A stretch of DNA of 29,747 nucleotides from an uncultured archaeon (GCA_964392445.1 CAYMPD010000005.1:1-29747); one strand, 5' to 3'; shown: positions 16,439 to 25,740, numbered from the stretch's first letter. Numbers and translations: made by a program. The notes: generated by a model not told the origin, from the sequence alone.

Positions 16439-18511
16439 ATGGTTGAAAATGATACTGATTTCACATCCCCTTCCGGCAGATATTTTAAAATGTTTATCGA
16501 AGATGAAATAATCAAATTTTCTTTTTACGAGAAATTATGTAAGTTCTCTTATAAGTTCCTAAAAGTCAAATGCCCAAATTTTCTAAGAAAAAAACTTCAT
16601 GAGCCTATCTTTCTTTCAGATATGAAAATCACACCAGACCATGTTTTCTCTCTTAGTATTACTTCATTTATTTTATCATTCTTTATTTTCTTCTGGTTAT
16701 CATTCATAGACTTTCCATCGACATTAGTCCTGCTTATTTTCCCGTTCTTTATAGTTTATAATGTATTCACCTATCCACAATTCCACTCTGAAGTAATAAG
16801 GATAAGAGCTGGTAACGAAATTATAAGTATAATTTTGTACATAGTAACCTATTTATCATTGAACCCAGTTTTTGAAAAAGCCATTGAATTTGCTGCTTCA
16901 AGATGTCACGGCCCACTCGGAAATGATTTGAAAAAGGTTATTTGGGATATAGAATCAGGTAAATATGACAATATTGAAAAAGCATTGGCGATATACACTA
17001 GGAAATGGACTTTATGGAATGAAGAGTTTGTTAATTCTCTGGCTTTATTAAGATTAATAGAAATTCAAGCTACATTAGACGACAGAAATGAGATACTTCG
17101 CACGGCTGTTGAAAGGACAATGAGGAATGCTACCAACAAAATGGAAGAATATGCTTTCAACCTTAAAATGCCCTCAATGATGGTTCTTTTATTTGGTATT
17201 ACAATGCCTTTAATCGGACTTATTATGTTTCCTATGATCAGTATCTTTCTTACCCATGCCGTTAACCCCCTTTACATAGGACTTGGTTACACAGTATTTT
17301 TGCCGTTCTTCTTATGGTGGTTTCTTTATAGACTGATATCGAAAAGACCGGCAACATATTCACATTCAGAAAAGATAGAAGAAGTCCAACCAAGAAAATA
17401 TATAGAAATCAAAAAACTGAACTTAAAGATACCCATAGTTCTAATTGCATTCTTCATAGGCTTCCTAATAACAATACCTGGAATAATTTATTACATAGAA
17501 TTGGCTTCAGATCACTATCTTATTTTCTCCAGATATTCAGGACAAAAGGCTATAAACGAATGGGGGAATTATTGTCTGAGTAAATACGAGCCTGCAGTTA
17601 TGGTAAGAGATACTTTCAAAGCTATGACACTTATATGGGGTATTGGCGCCTTTGTCTTTCTTTTAACCTATCTTAAAACTAAAGGACCTTATGAATTTGA
17701 CTTGTACATAAGAAAACTCGAAGAAGATTTCACTGAAGGGTTATTTGAACTCCAAACCGCATTAAAGCAGAATATACCACTTGAAATTGCCATCCTCAAA
17801 GTCTCAGAGCAATATAAAAGACTTAAAAGGGAAAAAACTCCAGTTGCCAAGTTTTTTGCTGAATTTTATCAAATGTTATTAAAAACTGGGAGACCTACCC
17901 AAACTGTATTGTTTGGGAAAAACGGGTTAATAACAAACCTACCTTCCTCTATGATCAAAAATATAATGAGGATTATTACTAGTGCTCTTTACAAAGGTTC
18001 TGTAATAGCTTCGAGAGTAACCAAAAATATAGTTACTTATTTGAGGAGACTAAGGGAAATAGAACATATAATTAAGAAAAGTATGGCCGAAATAATTTCT
18101 AATTTAACTATGGCTGGAGGATTTATATCACCAGTAATAGCAGGAATAGTGGCTTCTTCTTCTGTAGTTATGGTCCAACTTCTTCAAGCGGTTGCAAGGG
18201 TACTGAAAACTATTGAGGATATGTACAGCCTCGGGACTGATGTTGGTGGATCTATGAGTGATACCTTAGGATTAATCAATCTTCAAAGTGTGATGCCTCC
18301 AACACTTATGCAGCTAATCGGTGGAATATACCTAATCGAGATTGTGATCATAATAAGCATATTTGTGACTGGAATAGATAGGGGCTTCAATAAAGTCTAT
18401 CGTGATCATATGATATCAAATCTTATAATTAAATCAATGATATGGTTTACTTTGGTCTTCTTTATAATGGTTCTGTTATTCCAACCGATAGTAAATCTTA
18501 TCAATCCGTGA
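16439..18511 (+). CDS. Type IV pilus/Tad membrane platform protein (T2SS-F family, fused TadB/TadC, ArlJ-like), copy 1
   Basis: 690 aa with two cytoplasmic-domain plus TM-bundle halves (EKAIEFAASRCHGPLGNDLKKV, ELQTALKQNIPLEIAIL). Sits among class III pilin genes. Confidence 0.85.
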   Translation: MVENDTDFTSPSGRYFKMFIEDEIIKFSFYEKLCKFSYKFLKVKCPNFLRKKLHEPIFLSDMKITPDHVFSLSITSFILSFFIFFWLSFIDFPSTLVLLIFPFFIVYNVFTYPQFHSEVIRIRAGNEIISIILYIVTYLSLNPVFEKAIEFAASRCHGPLGNDLKKVIWDIESGKYDNIEKALAIYTRKWTLWNEEFVNSLALLRLIEIQATLDDRNEILRTAVERTMRNATNKMEEYAFNLKMPSMMVLLFGITMPLIGLIMFPMISIFLTHAVNPLYIGLGYTVFLPFFLWWFLYRLISKRPATYSHSEKIEEVQPRKYIEIKKLNLKIPIVLIAFFIGFLITIPGIIYYIELASDHYLIFSRYSGQKAINEWGNYCLSKYEPAVMVRDTFKAMTLIWGIGAFVFLLTYLKTKGPYEFDLYIRKLEEDFTEGLFELQTALKQNIPLEIAILKVSEQYKRLKREKTPVAKFFAEFYQMLLKTGRPTQTVLFGKNGLITNLPSSMIKNIMRIITSALYKGSVIASRVTKNIVTYLRRLREIEHIIKKSMAEIISNLTMAGGFISPVIAGIVASSSVVMVQLLQAVARVLKTIEDMYSLGTDVGGSMSDTLGLINLQSVMPPTLMQLIGGIYLIEIVIIISIFVTGIDRGFNKVYRDHMISNLIIKSMIWFTLVFFIMVLLFQPIVNLINP

Positions 18512-18520
18512 GTGATTTTA

Positions 18521-18916
18521 ATGGAGATGTGGAATAAAATTTTAATGATTATCGTAGCAATAGTCTGTTTGATAGTAATATTAGGGGTGGGTTCTAAACT
18601 TTTCAGAGAAGGTATCAGAGAAACTGAAGATATAGAAGGTCATAAGAGTTTTGTTGTTGGGAGGATTTTGGACTTAGTATATGATTGTTTTAATGCGAAT
18701 GATGGAAAAAGAGGGAGTGTAATATGCGAAGAATTGACTATTAATTCCACGGAAACTATATCTTCCTCTGATATTTTGGATTCTATTGATACTTCAAAAA
18801 TTGAAAGGTCTAATTTAGAAGTTGATGATCTGGGGAAATCGGCTGAAATCATAATAAGGTACGAAAACCAAATCATATATGTCCAGAGGGTAGAGAATGA
18901 AAGGATTGGCACTTAG
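18521..18916 (+). CDS. Small pilin-like protein lacking a class III leader (CF..C scaffold, related to 19439)
   Basis: GAGTGAT SD-like sequence precedes ATG 18521. Hydrophobic N-helix. CFNANDGKRGSVIC and IIIRYENQIIYV align with CWDKTGERYEKDVIC and TIIRFEDISNKIIV of 19439. Confidence 0.72.
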   Translation: MEMWNKILMIIVAIVCLIVILGVGSKLFREGIRETEDIEGHKSFVVGRILDLVYDCFNANDGKRGSVICEELTINSTETISSSDILDSIDTSKIERSNLEVDDLGKSAEIIIRYENQIIYVQRVENERIGT

Positions 18917-19442
18917 TGTTGTTTGGGGTCTAGTAATAACTATTGCTAGCGTGATTTTTTTCCTTATGTTAGTTACAGGTACTTTTAAAAGAGCTGCAAA
19001 TTGGTTTTATTGTGATATTTATCTAAAAGTAATTGGATTTTTTACCGGAAGGGAGATAGCTTCTATTCCCGAGATGTGCCGGAATATGGGAAGAGATTAT
19101 TCGGTAGAAGTCGAGATAAAAGAAACAGATAATAAGATTGTTTCAAGAAGAATATTGGCTCTTATAATAACCTGTTGGAATGAAGCTGAATTAAAAGGTT
19201 TGTATGAAACCCATCCTTGTTATGAAGTAAAACTTCCTGGGAATATAGAAAATGTTTCTGAAAACAATATTTCGTTGATATTGAATGAAGAAGATCATTG
19301 TAAATCTATAGAAAATTCAGATTATGACTGTGGTGCCCATGATCAGATCATTTGGAATGTGGATGGTGGTGTAATAAACACTCAGAGGTTAATGTTAATA
19401 GAATATAATGGACCAAAAGATGCTGTAGAGGTGATAGGATGA
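18897..19442 (+). CDS. Pilin-like protein (MKG|LA), 'empty' CW..CY scaffold
   Basis: Class III leader plus hydrophobic helix. TCWNE...PCYEV...EEDHC..IEN...CGAHDQIIWNV motifs are shared with the 27889 gene. Confidence 0.8.
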   Translation: MKGLALSVVWGLVITIASVIFFLMLVTGTFKRAANWFYCDIYLKVIGFFTGREIASIPEMCRNMGRDYSVEVEIKETDNKIVSRRILALIITCWNEAELKGLYETHPCYEVKLPGNIENVSENNISLILNEEDHCKSIENSDYDCGAHDQIIWNVDGGVINTQRLMLIEYNGPKDAVEVIG

Positions 19443-19852
19443 GCAAGGGTTTGGCTTTAGAAACGGTTGTAAAGTGGATTATATATATTGTTGTCGCCGG
19501 TGTTGTTATCAATTTGGTATTCTTTTTTTATGATGATGTAAAGAGATATATTGAGACCAGCGTATTTAAACGTGAAAAAGATGTGCAAACAGAAAAAATA
19601 GAACAAGATTCTTTTTCAGCTGTCGAGGTTAGAATTTTTGTGAGGGCTTGTTGGGATAAAACTGGAGAAAGATATGAAAAAGATGTTATATGTTATATTT
19701 TGAAAGGGGATGTTAGTGGTGTTGATGGAAGTGATTTAGTGGGTGCCGTAGATTCACCAGCTCAAGTTGATGTGACTGAATTCGATAATTCCGCAACAAG
19801 TACTATAATAAGATTTGAGGATATTAGTAACAAAATCATTGTTGAGAGTTAG
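19439..19852 (+). CDS. Pilin-like protein (SKG|LA), CW..CY scaffold
   Basis: MSKGLALETVVKWIIYIVVAGVVI. ACWDK...VICYIL. ATGA overlap with the previous gene. Confidence 0.8.
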   Translation: MSKGLALETVVKWIIYIVVAGVVINLVFFFYDDVKRYIETSVFKREKDVQTEKIEQDSFSAVEVRIFVRACWDKTGERYEKDVICYILKGDVSGVDGSDLVGAVDSPAQVDVTEFDNSATSTIIRFEDISNKIIVES

Positions 19853-19858
19853 GTCTGT

Positions 19859-21307
19859 ATGAAGGGTGTTTCAAGTTGGTTTTGGATAGCTGCGGGTGTT
19901 GTAGCAGGACTGGTAGTCTTTTCTATCGCTTACACTCAGATAGCTGAACTCAATAAAGCCAAGAATGAACAGAGGGCTTTGGAGCAATTTGATGAAGTTA
20001 AAAATATTATAAACAATCTCTGTTGGACATTTTCCGGAAACAAGAGAGAATATGAAGTTAGTCTAACCAAAAGTATAGAGGGATTTTATGTTGCTGAAAC
20101 CAAGTATACCGAATACACGAAAGAGGAAATGGTAAGTAAAATAATTGATCAGGAGGAAACTACTGGTGATTTTCTTTGTATTAAGGTTGAAGGTAAAAGA
20201 TTAAGATGTCAAGAGCTTTATTGTAACACAACTATGCCTTTTATGGGGTCAGTACCAGAGGGCTATTCACTTAGTGCACTTGTAAATGAAATGTTAGGTA
20301 GAGGAGAGATTTTCAATTATCCACTCAAGTTTGAGAAGAAGGATACTGATGTTGAAGTTAATTTAGGGGGATTTTCTGAAGGAGGGACTGTTACAACTGT
20401 TCCTGGGGGTTCAACTACTACTAATCCAAGTACCACAACAACTTCGAGTACAACTACGACTAGTACCATAACAACAACTACTATAGCTAACCCGTATGTC
20501 ATAGCTCTAATACCTGCTTATTACTCTTCAACTGCTCTAAGTAATGATTGGTCTCAAAGAGCGAATCACATAAAAAACTTTTTAGAACGGACACTACCTT
20601 TTCGAGAAAATTTAGCTATTCTAAAAGTTCTTATAGATAATAAAAATTGCAATTTAAATCATGAACAAGATACTTTTAATTTAATAAATTGTGGGAATTC
20701 TTTGGCTTCAGCTAATGGTTATGCAGGTGCAGACTTAGTAGGAGGTATTTATGGTCAGTGTTTTCTTGATGGATGTGGGGGTGTTATCGGACAGACAGAG
20801 CCTGGTTCTGGTTGGTTTATACATGGTTATGACACATGTGCTACGCCTGGTTATACTTGCCCTTCAAATCAAGATTCTGTTGTGGCCTCTCATGAAACAG
20901 GACATAATTTTAATTTATGTGAAGGTTATTGTTACAGCGGAACTTTCTCCTGTTATTATCCAGAAAGAGTCAGTTTTGGAGGATATTGTGGTTCCTCTCG
21001 AATAGAGCAGAAATTTCCAGGGCCTTATCCATCGAATTCTGGGACAATGGATGCCCCATGTGGAAATTGTGGACCAGATACTTGCTGCCTCGGAAGAATT
21101 TTGAATGGTGATACCATTAATCCTATTTCAAATGGAAGGGATGTCATGGGTCCTGGGCAGCCTAATCCAAACAGAGAATTTGCCTGTGATAGTTATCTTG
21201 CTTTTAAAGACGTAGCTGTAAATAATTATAACTTTGATTTAACCCCAGTTAGTCAACAAGAAATTGATGATTGTTATAATCATATATCAGGTGACACCTA
21301 TCCATAA
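19859..21307 (+). CDS. Pilin-like protein (MKG|VS) fused via a Thr-rich linker to a zinc metallopeptidase domain (M64/IgA-peptidase-like)
   Basis: Class III leader, globular pilin-like domain, Thr stretch, then ...FLERTLPFRE... and ASHETGHNFNLCEGY (HExxH at 20891) with a downstream DVMG Met-turn-like motif. Family assignment is tentative. Confidence 0.75.
   Translation: MKGVSSWFWIAAGVVAGLVVFSIAYTQIAELNKAKNEQRALEQFDEVKNIINNLCWTFSGNKREYEVSLTKSIEGFYVAETKYTEYTKEEMVSKIIDQEETTGDFLCIKVEGKRLRCQELYCNTTMPFMGSVPEGYSLSALVNEMLGRGEIFNYPLKFEKKDTDVEVNLGGFSEGGTVTTVPGGSTTTNPSTTTTSSTTTTSTITTTTIANPYVIALIPAYYSSTALSNDWSQRANHIKNFLERTLPFRENLAILKVLIDNKNCNLNHEQDTFNLINCGNSLASANGYAGADLVGGIYGQCFLDGCGGVIGQTEPGSGWFIHGYDTCATPGYTCPSNQDSVVASHETGHNFNLCEGYCYSGTFSCYYPERVSFGGYCGSSRIEQKFPGPYPSNSGTMDAPCGNCGPDTCCLGRILNGDTINPISNGRDVMGPGQPNPNREFACDSYLAFKDVAVNNYNFDLTPVSQQEIDDCYNHISGDTYP
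20387..20482 (+). repeat. Low-complexity Thr/Ser-rich linker (ACN codon run)
   Basis: Encodes TVTTVPGGSTTTNPSTTTTSSTTTTSTITTTT. Confidence 0.85.
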
Positions 21308-22040
21308 TAAAATTAATCTTCTAAAGTGTAAAAAGTTTTGCCTATTAGTTATATTTCTAATTTTTATTTTACCTACTTGTTTATCTGTAAATCATGATGG
21401 AACTATTTCTTTAGTAATTGAATTTCATAAAAATGATCCTACATTAACAAGTTTAAAATCTATAAATTATACCGAAACCACGTACGAAAATTTCTTTACT
21501 GGTAAAGGAAGAGGTAATTATTCAATAAAAATATCTGATAAGACTAATAATGTTTTATATAGTGAAAAATTTAATATAATTTTCTTGAAATATTTGAGAA
21601 CTCTAGAAGGGACTATAGTAGAAGAGCTGAACAGTAGCATTAAGTCATTTAGACTTAAGAGGCCAGAAGAATCTTACTATATTAAATTTTATAAAAATAA
21701 TGAACTAGAACTGGAAATTGATTTATCTGAATATCTTTGTGATAATAATGGAGAATGCGAAAAAGATATTGGGGAAAATGAATATATTTGTCCATTAGAT
21801 TGTCAAACTATATCTGAAAATGTATGCGGAAATGGGATATGTGAAACTGAAGAAACCAAAAATAATTGCCCAGAAGATTGTTTAGAAGATATAAATGTAG
21901 ACGGTGAAAAAAGAGGGGTCCCTTGGTTATTTTTAGGTATTTTTGGAGGAATTTCCATCTTCATCTTACTAATATTCCTTTTAACAAAAAAAACTAGTAA
22001 AAAAGATGACTTCAAAAAACTCAAAAAAAAGTGGGGATAA
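21267..22040 (+). CDS. Secreted Cys-repeat protein with C-terminal membrane anchor (partner 1)
   Basis: Hydrophobic signal, beta-rich domain, CDNNGEC..GENEYICPLDC and CGNGICETEETKNNCPEDC repeats, C-terminal TM plus Lys tail. Start uncertain (ATG 21267 or GTG 21291); both overlap the upstream stop. Confidence 0.72.
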   Translation: MIVIIIYQVTPIHNKINLLKCKKFCLLVIFLIFILPTCLSVNHDGTISLVIEFHKNDPTLTSLKSINYTETTYENFFTGKGRGNYSIKISDKTNNVLYSEKFNIIFLKYLRTLEGTIVEELNSSIKSFRLKRPEESYYIKFYKNNELELEIDLSEYLCDNNGECEKDIGENEYICPLDCQTISENVCGNGICETEETKNNCPEDCLEDINVDGEKRGVPWLFLGIFGGISIFILLIFLLTKKTSKKDDFKKLKKKWG

Positions 22041-22081
22041 AGATTTTATCAGAAAATCACAAAACTATTCTTAGGTAAACA

Positions 22082-23443
22082 ATGTCAGCATCAGAATTTT
22101 TAACTATAATTGGAGTTATCCTAGTCGGCTTACTCTTTTTTGCAATAGCCAGAAATTATATTTTTGGAGAGGGAGTAAAAACTAAAGAGTACGGATACAA
22201 AGCTGATGCCCAAGAAATAATAGCACTAATAGAAAAAGTTTCTGGAGAACCTAATGAATTTACTATGTATTGTCAAGATATATCTCTATGTGACATCGAA
22301 GTTAAAGGTGGGATTTTAACATATGAAAAAAATGATTTCAAATATTCTTATCCAATATCCAAAAATTTAGAAGAGGTAACAATGGAAGAAGTAACTAGAA
22401 TTTGTGTAATCAATCAGAATAAGAGTGTCACTTTGCATGGAGGGAGTGTTATTTGTATTCTTGATACTAGGTGTACTCCTGAGGAGTGTTTGGAAGATTG
22501 TTTGGACTGTTATGGTCCTGACGATGTTTGTGTGGGTGATGGTTATTGTAATCCGTATATTGGAGAAAATTGCAGAACTTCTCCTGATGATTGTCAATGT
22601 GATCCTGAAAAAATCTGTTGTCCGGAATCCTTCGATGCTGATGAGAATGGATGTTCTGAGACTGTGGATATTGTAAGAGGTAATGAATGTTGGTGTAATG
22701 AACAATGTGAGGGAAGTTTGGAATGTAATCCTACTACCGATGATTTCAGTGATTATGCTAATGCTTGTTGTGAATCTGGTAAAGGATGGGATGGTACCGA
22801 ATGTAAAGAATTGGACGTACTTGATTTTTTCATTATACCTGTTGGGATATCTGACCCAGGTAATTATAATAACATCGCAAATCAGTTTATAGATCATTTT
22901 GTAGCAACATCTCCATTTAGAGATTGTAGTGATATAAAAGATAGAATAAAATTTTGGATAATAGAACCATCTGACTGTCCATCATCTGCTCAGACATCAT
23001 ATTGTGATCACTGCTCAAGTTGTATTAATATAGGAAGATCATGTGCGAGAAGAATGGAATCTATTTATGGAGTAGCTTTTGATAAATTCGCTGTTTTAAC
23101 GGAAAGTGGAGGGTGGAATGGCGGATGCGCAGGTAATATTCCGAATGATGGCTCTTCATCTAGTCTAATCCCTTGTAGTTTATCAGGTAATTGTGTTCCT
23201 ACACACGAAACGGGACATACATTAGGATTAGGTCATGTAAATTGTGGGGTCGCTTGTCATGCTTGTTCTTATAATAATCCAAATTGTCCAGACTGTGATC
23301 ATCCAGATAGGGCTGAATTTATAATGGATTATTGTACACCAATGCGAAGATTCGGACCAGAAGGTTATAATTTCCTAAAAACACAATATATAGGTACATC
23401 TCCACATAATCAGGGTTTAGCAAGGTGGTTAGAAGGATGTTAA
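22082..23443 (+). CDS. Pilin-like protein without class III leader, with Cys-rich spacer and metzincin-type zinc metallopeptidase domain
   Basis: MSASEFLTIIGVILVGLLFFAIA, Cys-rich middle region, LDFFIIPVG...FVATSPFRD (M64-like strand/helix), THETGHTLGLGH (HExxHxxGxxH, 23204-23236), FIMDY Met-turn. Confidence 0.8.
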   Translation: MSASEFLTIIGVILVGLLFFAIARNYIFGEGVKTKEYGYKADAQEIIALIEKVSGEPNEFTMYCQDISLCDIEVKGGILTYEKNDFKYSYPISKNLEEVTMEEVTRICVINQNKSVTLHGGSVICILDTRCTPEECLEDCLDCYGPDDVCVGDGYCNPYIGENCRTSPDDCQCDPEKICCPESFDADENGCSETVDIVRGNECWCNEQCEGSLECNPTTDDFSDYANACCESGKGWDGTECKELDVLDFFIIPVGISDPGNYNNIANQFIDHFVATSPFRDCSDIKDRIKFWIIEPSDCPSSAQTSYCDHCSSCINIGRSCARRMESIYGVAFDKFAVLTESGGWNGGCAGNIPNDGSSSSLIPCSLSGNCVPTHETGHTLGLGHVNCGVACHACSYNNPNCPDCDHPDRAEFIMDYCTPMRRFGPEGYNFLKTQYIGTSPHNQGLARWLEGC

Positions 23444-24279
23444 AATTACGAAAATTATTGCTTATAGTTATTTTAGCTTTATTTATAATGAAAATAGGAT
23501 ACTCAAACCAAGAAATATTTTCTGTATTGTTTGATATATATAAAGACGACACTGTTGTACTTAAAGAAATAAAGTTAGTGGAATTAGAGGGAGTAAATTT
23601 TAATGAGGGAGAAGGAAAGTATTCCTTTATCCTATATTCCCAAGAGGAAGTATTATACGAAAATAAAAGATCTATAAAATTCCAAGTACATAGGGATATA
23701 ATCGATCCAGAAACAGGAGAAATGTACGAGGAAAACATAGAAATTAACCCTCAAGAAATATACATAAGATTGCCCTACTATAGAGATGCAGAAAGAATAG
23801 AACTTAAGCATTCAAATGATTTAATTTTCAGTTATGATATTTGTCAAATAAATGATAATTGTGATATCAGTAAAGGCGAAAATCCTTTTAATTGTCCTTC
23901 AGACTGTCAAAAACCAGTAGAATGCGGGAATGGAATTTGTGAAGAAGGTGAAACTCAAGGTAATTGCTGTCAAGACTGTGGATGCCCGGAAGATATGGAA
24001 TGTGAAGATGGAGAATGTGTTTATGATAAATGTGGTAATGATATATGTGAGCCAAGTTTTGACGAGAATTACAATACATGTCCTGAGGATTGTCCTTCAG
24101 GAAGTGAAGATGGTTATTGTGATGGTAAAGCAGATAATAAATGCGATCCAGATTGCGCGGAAGAAGAGGATATAGATTGCATAAAACCTAAAAATAGAAT
24201 ATTCATTTACGTCTTAATCGGAGTCATCTTTTTAGTTATCACTTTACTAATTGTAATTTTAAGCGGGAGAAGCTCATGA
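23437..24279 (+). CDS. Secreted Cys-repeat protein with C-terminal membrane anchor (partner 2, paralogue of 21267)
   Basis: ATG 23437 after AAGGTGG. Signal peptide, same beta-rich domain (GEGKYSF..Y....VLYE), CGNGICEEGETQGNCCQDC-type repeats, C-terminal TM. Confidence 0.75.
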   Translation: MLKLRKLLLIVILALFIMKIGYSNQEIFSVLFDIYKDDTVVLKEIKLVELEGVNFNEGEGKYSFILYSQEEVLYENKRSIKFQVHRDIIDPETGEMYEENIEINPQEIYIRLPYYRDAERIELKHSNDLIFSYDICQINDNCDISKGENPFNCPSDCQKPVECGNGICEEGETQGNCCQDCGCPEDMECEDGECVYDKCGNDICEPSFDENYNTCPEDCPSGSEDGYCDGKADNKCDPDCAEEEDIDCIKPKNRIFIYVLIGVIFLVITLLIVILSGRSS

Positions 24280-24758
24280 AAGGATTCGTAGAACAGATGA
24301 TTTATTTGATAGTAATAGTTTTAGCGCTCTTTATGCTAATTGTTTTCTTTACTTATCAAAGAGGTAGTAGAGGAGTTGAAACAAAAAAATCTGTTGAGGA
24401 AAGAGGATTAGATGAAGAAGGTACGAGTCTTGTCTTTACTCTATTCAACAACAAACTCCCTTATGTGGAAAAGGTTTATTTGCAAGTTATAATTGACGCT
24501 ATACTAGAAGGAGAATATAGAAAGGAAGAGAAGTACAAAGTTTTTTACGGAAAAGGAATAGGTGAGGTAAACCTCACAGAAATAATACCACCGTTGATGG
24601 ACAATTATGCTAAAGGAAGATGGGAATTAAAAATTACAACACCAGACGGCGACTATACCTACGGAGGAATAAACAAAGACAAAGTAATATACATCTACGA
24701 AGCTCTAATACCTGTTCCTGAAGAAAGAAGTGGTAAGATTACATTTTTCCTCGGTTAA
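24276..24758 (+). CDS. Small pilin-like protein (MKG|FV)
   Basis: MKGFVEQMIYLIVIVLALFMLIVFF. ATGA overlap with the previous gene. Confidence 0.72.
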   Translation: MKGFVEQMIYLIVIVLALFMLIVFFTYQRGSRGVETKKSVEERGLDEEGTSLVFTLFNNKLPYVEKVYLQVIIDAILEGEYRKEEKYKVFYGKGIGEVNLTEIIPPLMDNYAKGRWELKITTPDGDYTYGGINKDKVIYIYEALIPVPEERSGKITFFLG

Positions 24759-24778
24759 AAAATTTATTCTGAACTAGT

Positions 24779-24790
24779 AAAACTTATATT
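24779..24790 (+). promoter_or_regulatory. Putative BRE/TATA (AAAACTTATATT) upstream of the 24812 gene
   Basis: A-rich BRE-like run plus TTATAT about 22 nt upstream of the ATG. Confidence 0.45.
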
Positions 24791-24811
24791 GGAATAAATC
24801 AAAAGAATTAA

Positions 24812-25705
24812 ATGATGAAAGGACAAGCGAGTTTGGAAATGGTAGTTGGTTTGATAATTCTCTTAGTTGTAGCAGGGGTTGTAATAGGACTAGTTATTCA
24901 TTTTATAAATCCTCGAAGAATGCCAAACCCAGAAGAAAAATTGAGTGTGAATGAATTCTTAACCAATTGTGAACAATATTGTAATGATATTAATTCTGTG
25001 GAATATTGTAGAGATTATTACTCTGGGATTGATTGGAATAAAAATGGTATAAAACATGAAATTTTGGAGCTGGGTAAATATAATTGGATGACATGTGAAG
25101 ATAGGGTTTATTGTTTCCTTGTTGAGCCATGTGAAGAGAGATTTGGAAGAGGCTTGGATGTAATGAAGAAATGTAAGAGAGTGTTGTGTCAAACCTATTT
25201 GGAAAAATATAGTGGAGATGCTGATATGGCAACCCAGGCATTGAAAGATGATATAAACTTTCCTATGGTATGTGATTTAAGTGAGATACCTAATGCAGAT
25301 AATTGGTATGAAATTGTGTTTGCGGAGGGATGTGGTGCAGAGGCCCCCCAACAATTTTCGATTAACAGCCTTTCAAACTGTATTATAGATAATAACGATC
25401 CAAGTAACCCTACATTTACCTGTGACGTTGAATATACTGGGGATTTGTCAGATACAAAATATATAATTGTAGTACCTGATGAGCAAGGACATCCTGTAAT
25501 GGCTAATGAAACAATAGGAAGTGTTAGATTTGTCGGTGATACCCTGGAAGGAGATTTGAATTATGTGCCAGACCTCTTAGATTGGAATGAGAACTTCGTT
25601 GAAGGTGATCTAGTAAATGGTTTATGTGCATTTGCTTTTGTTTGGGGAGCAGGAGATGGTGAAAGTATTGAAACCGAAGAATGTGAGATCGTAAATACAC
25701 CTTAA
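24812..25705 (+). CDS. Pilin-like protein with canonical KG|QASLE motif, Cys-rich domain and acidic C-terminal domain
   Basis: MMKGQASLEMVVGLIILLVVAGVVIG (Q+1, E+5). CEQYC..., DWNKNG loop, acidic beta-rich tail. Confidence 0.82.
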   Translation: MMKGQASLEMVVGLIILLVVAGVVIGLVIHFINPRRMPNPEEKLSVNEFLTNCEQYCNDINSVEYCRDYYSGIDWNKNGIKHEILELGKYNWMTCEDRVYCFLVEPCEERFGRGLDVMKKCKRVLCQTYLEKYSGDADMATQALKDDINFPMVCDLSEIPNADNWYEIVFAEGCGAEAPQQFSINSLSNCIIDNNDPSNPTFTCDVEYTGDLSDTKYIIVVPDEQGHPVMANETIGSVRFVGDTLEGDLNYVPDLLDWNENFVEGDLVNGLCAFAFVWGAGDGESIETEECEIVNTP

Positions 25706-25726
25706 TTAAATTTTTCTATTAACTAT

Positions 25727-25740
25727 CAAAAACTTTAAGT
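25727..25740 (+). promoter_or_regulatory. Putative BRE/TATA (CAAAAACTTTAAGT) upstream of platform gene 2
   Basis: AAAAAC plus TTTAAG ending about 22 nt before ATG 25762. Confidence 0.5.

Noticed and set aside
21986-22030. Two A8 tracts as phase-variation sites
   Set aside because: They encode the Lys-rich cytoplasmic tail at the very end of the gene. Slippage would change little, and such runs are expected at this AT content.
22367-22897. 176-aa - strand ORF
   Set aside because: Antisense to the Cys-rich/peptidase gene 22082, with no recognisable motif.
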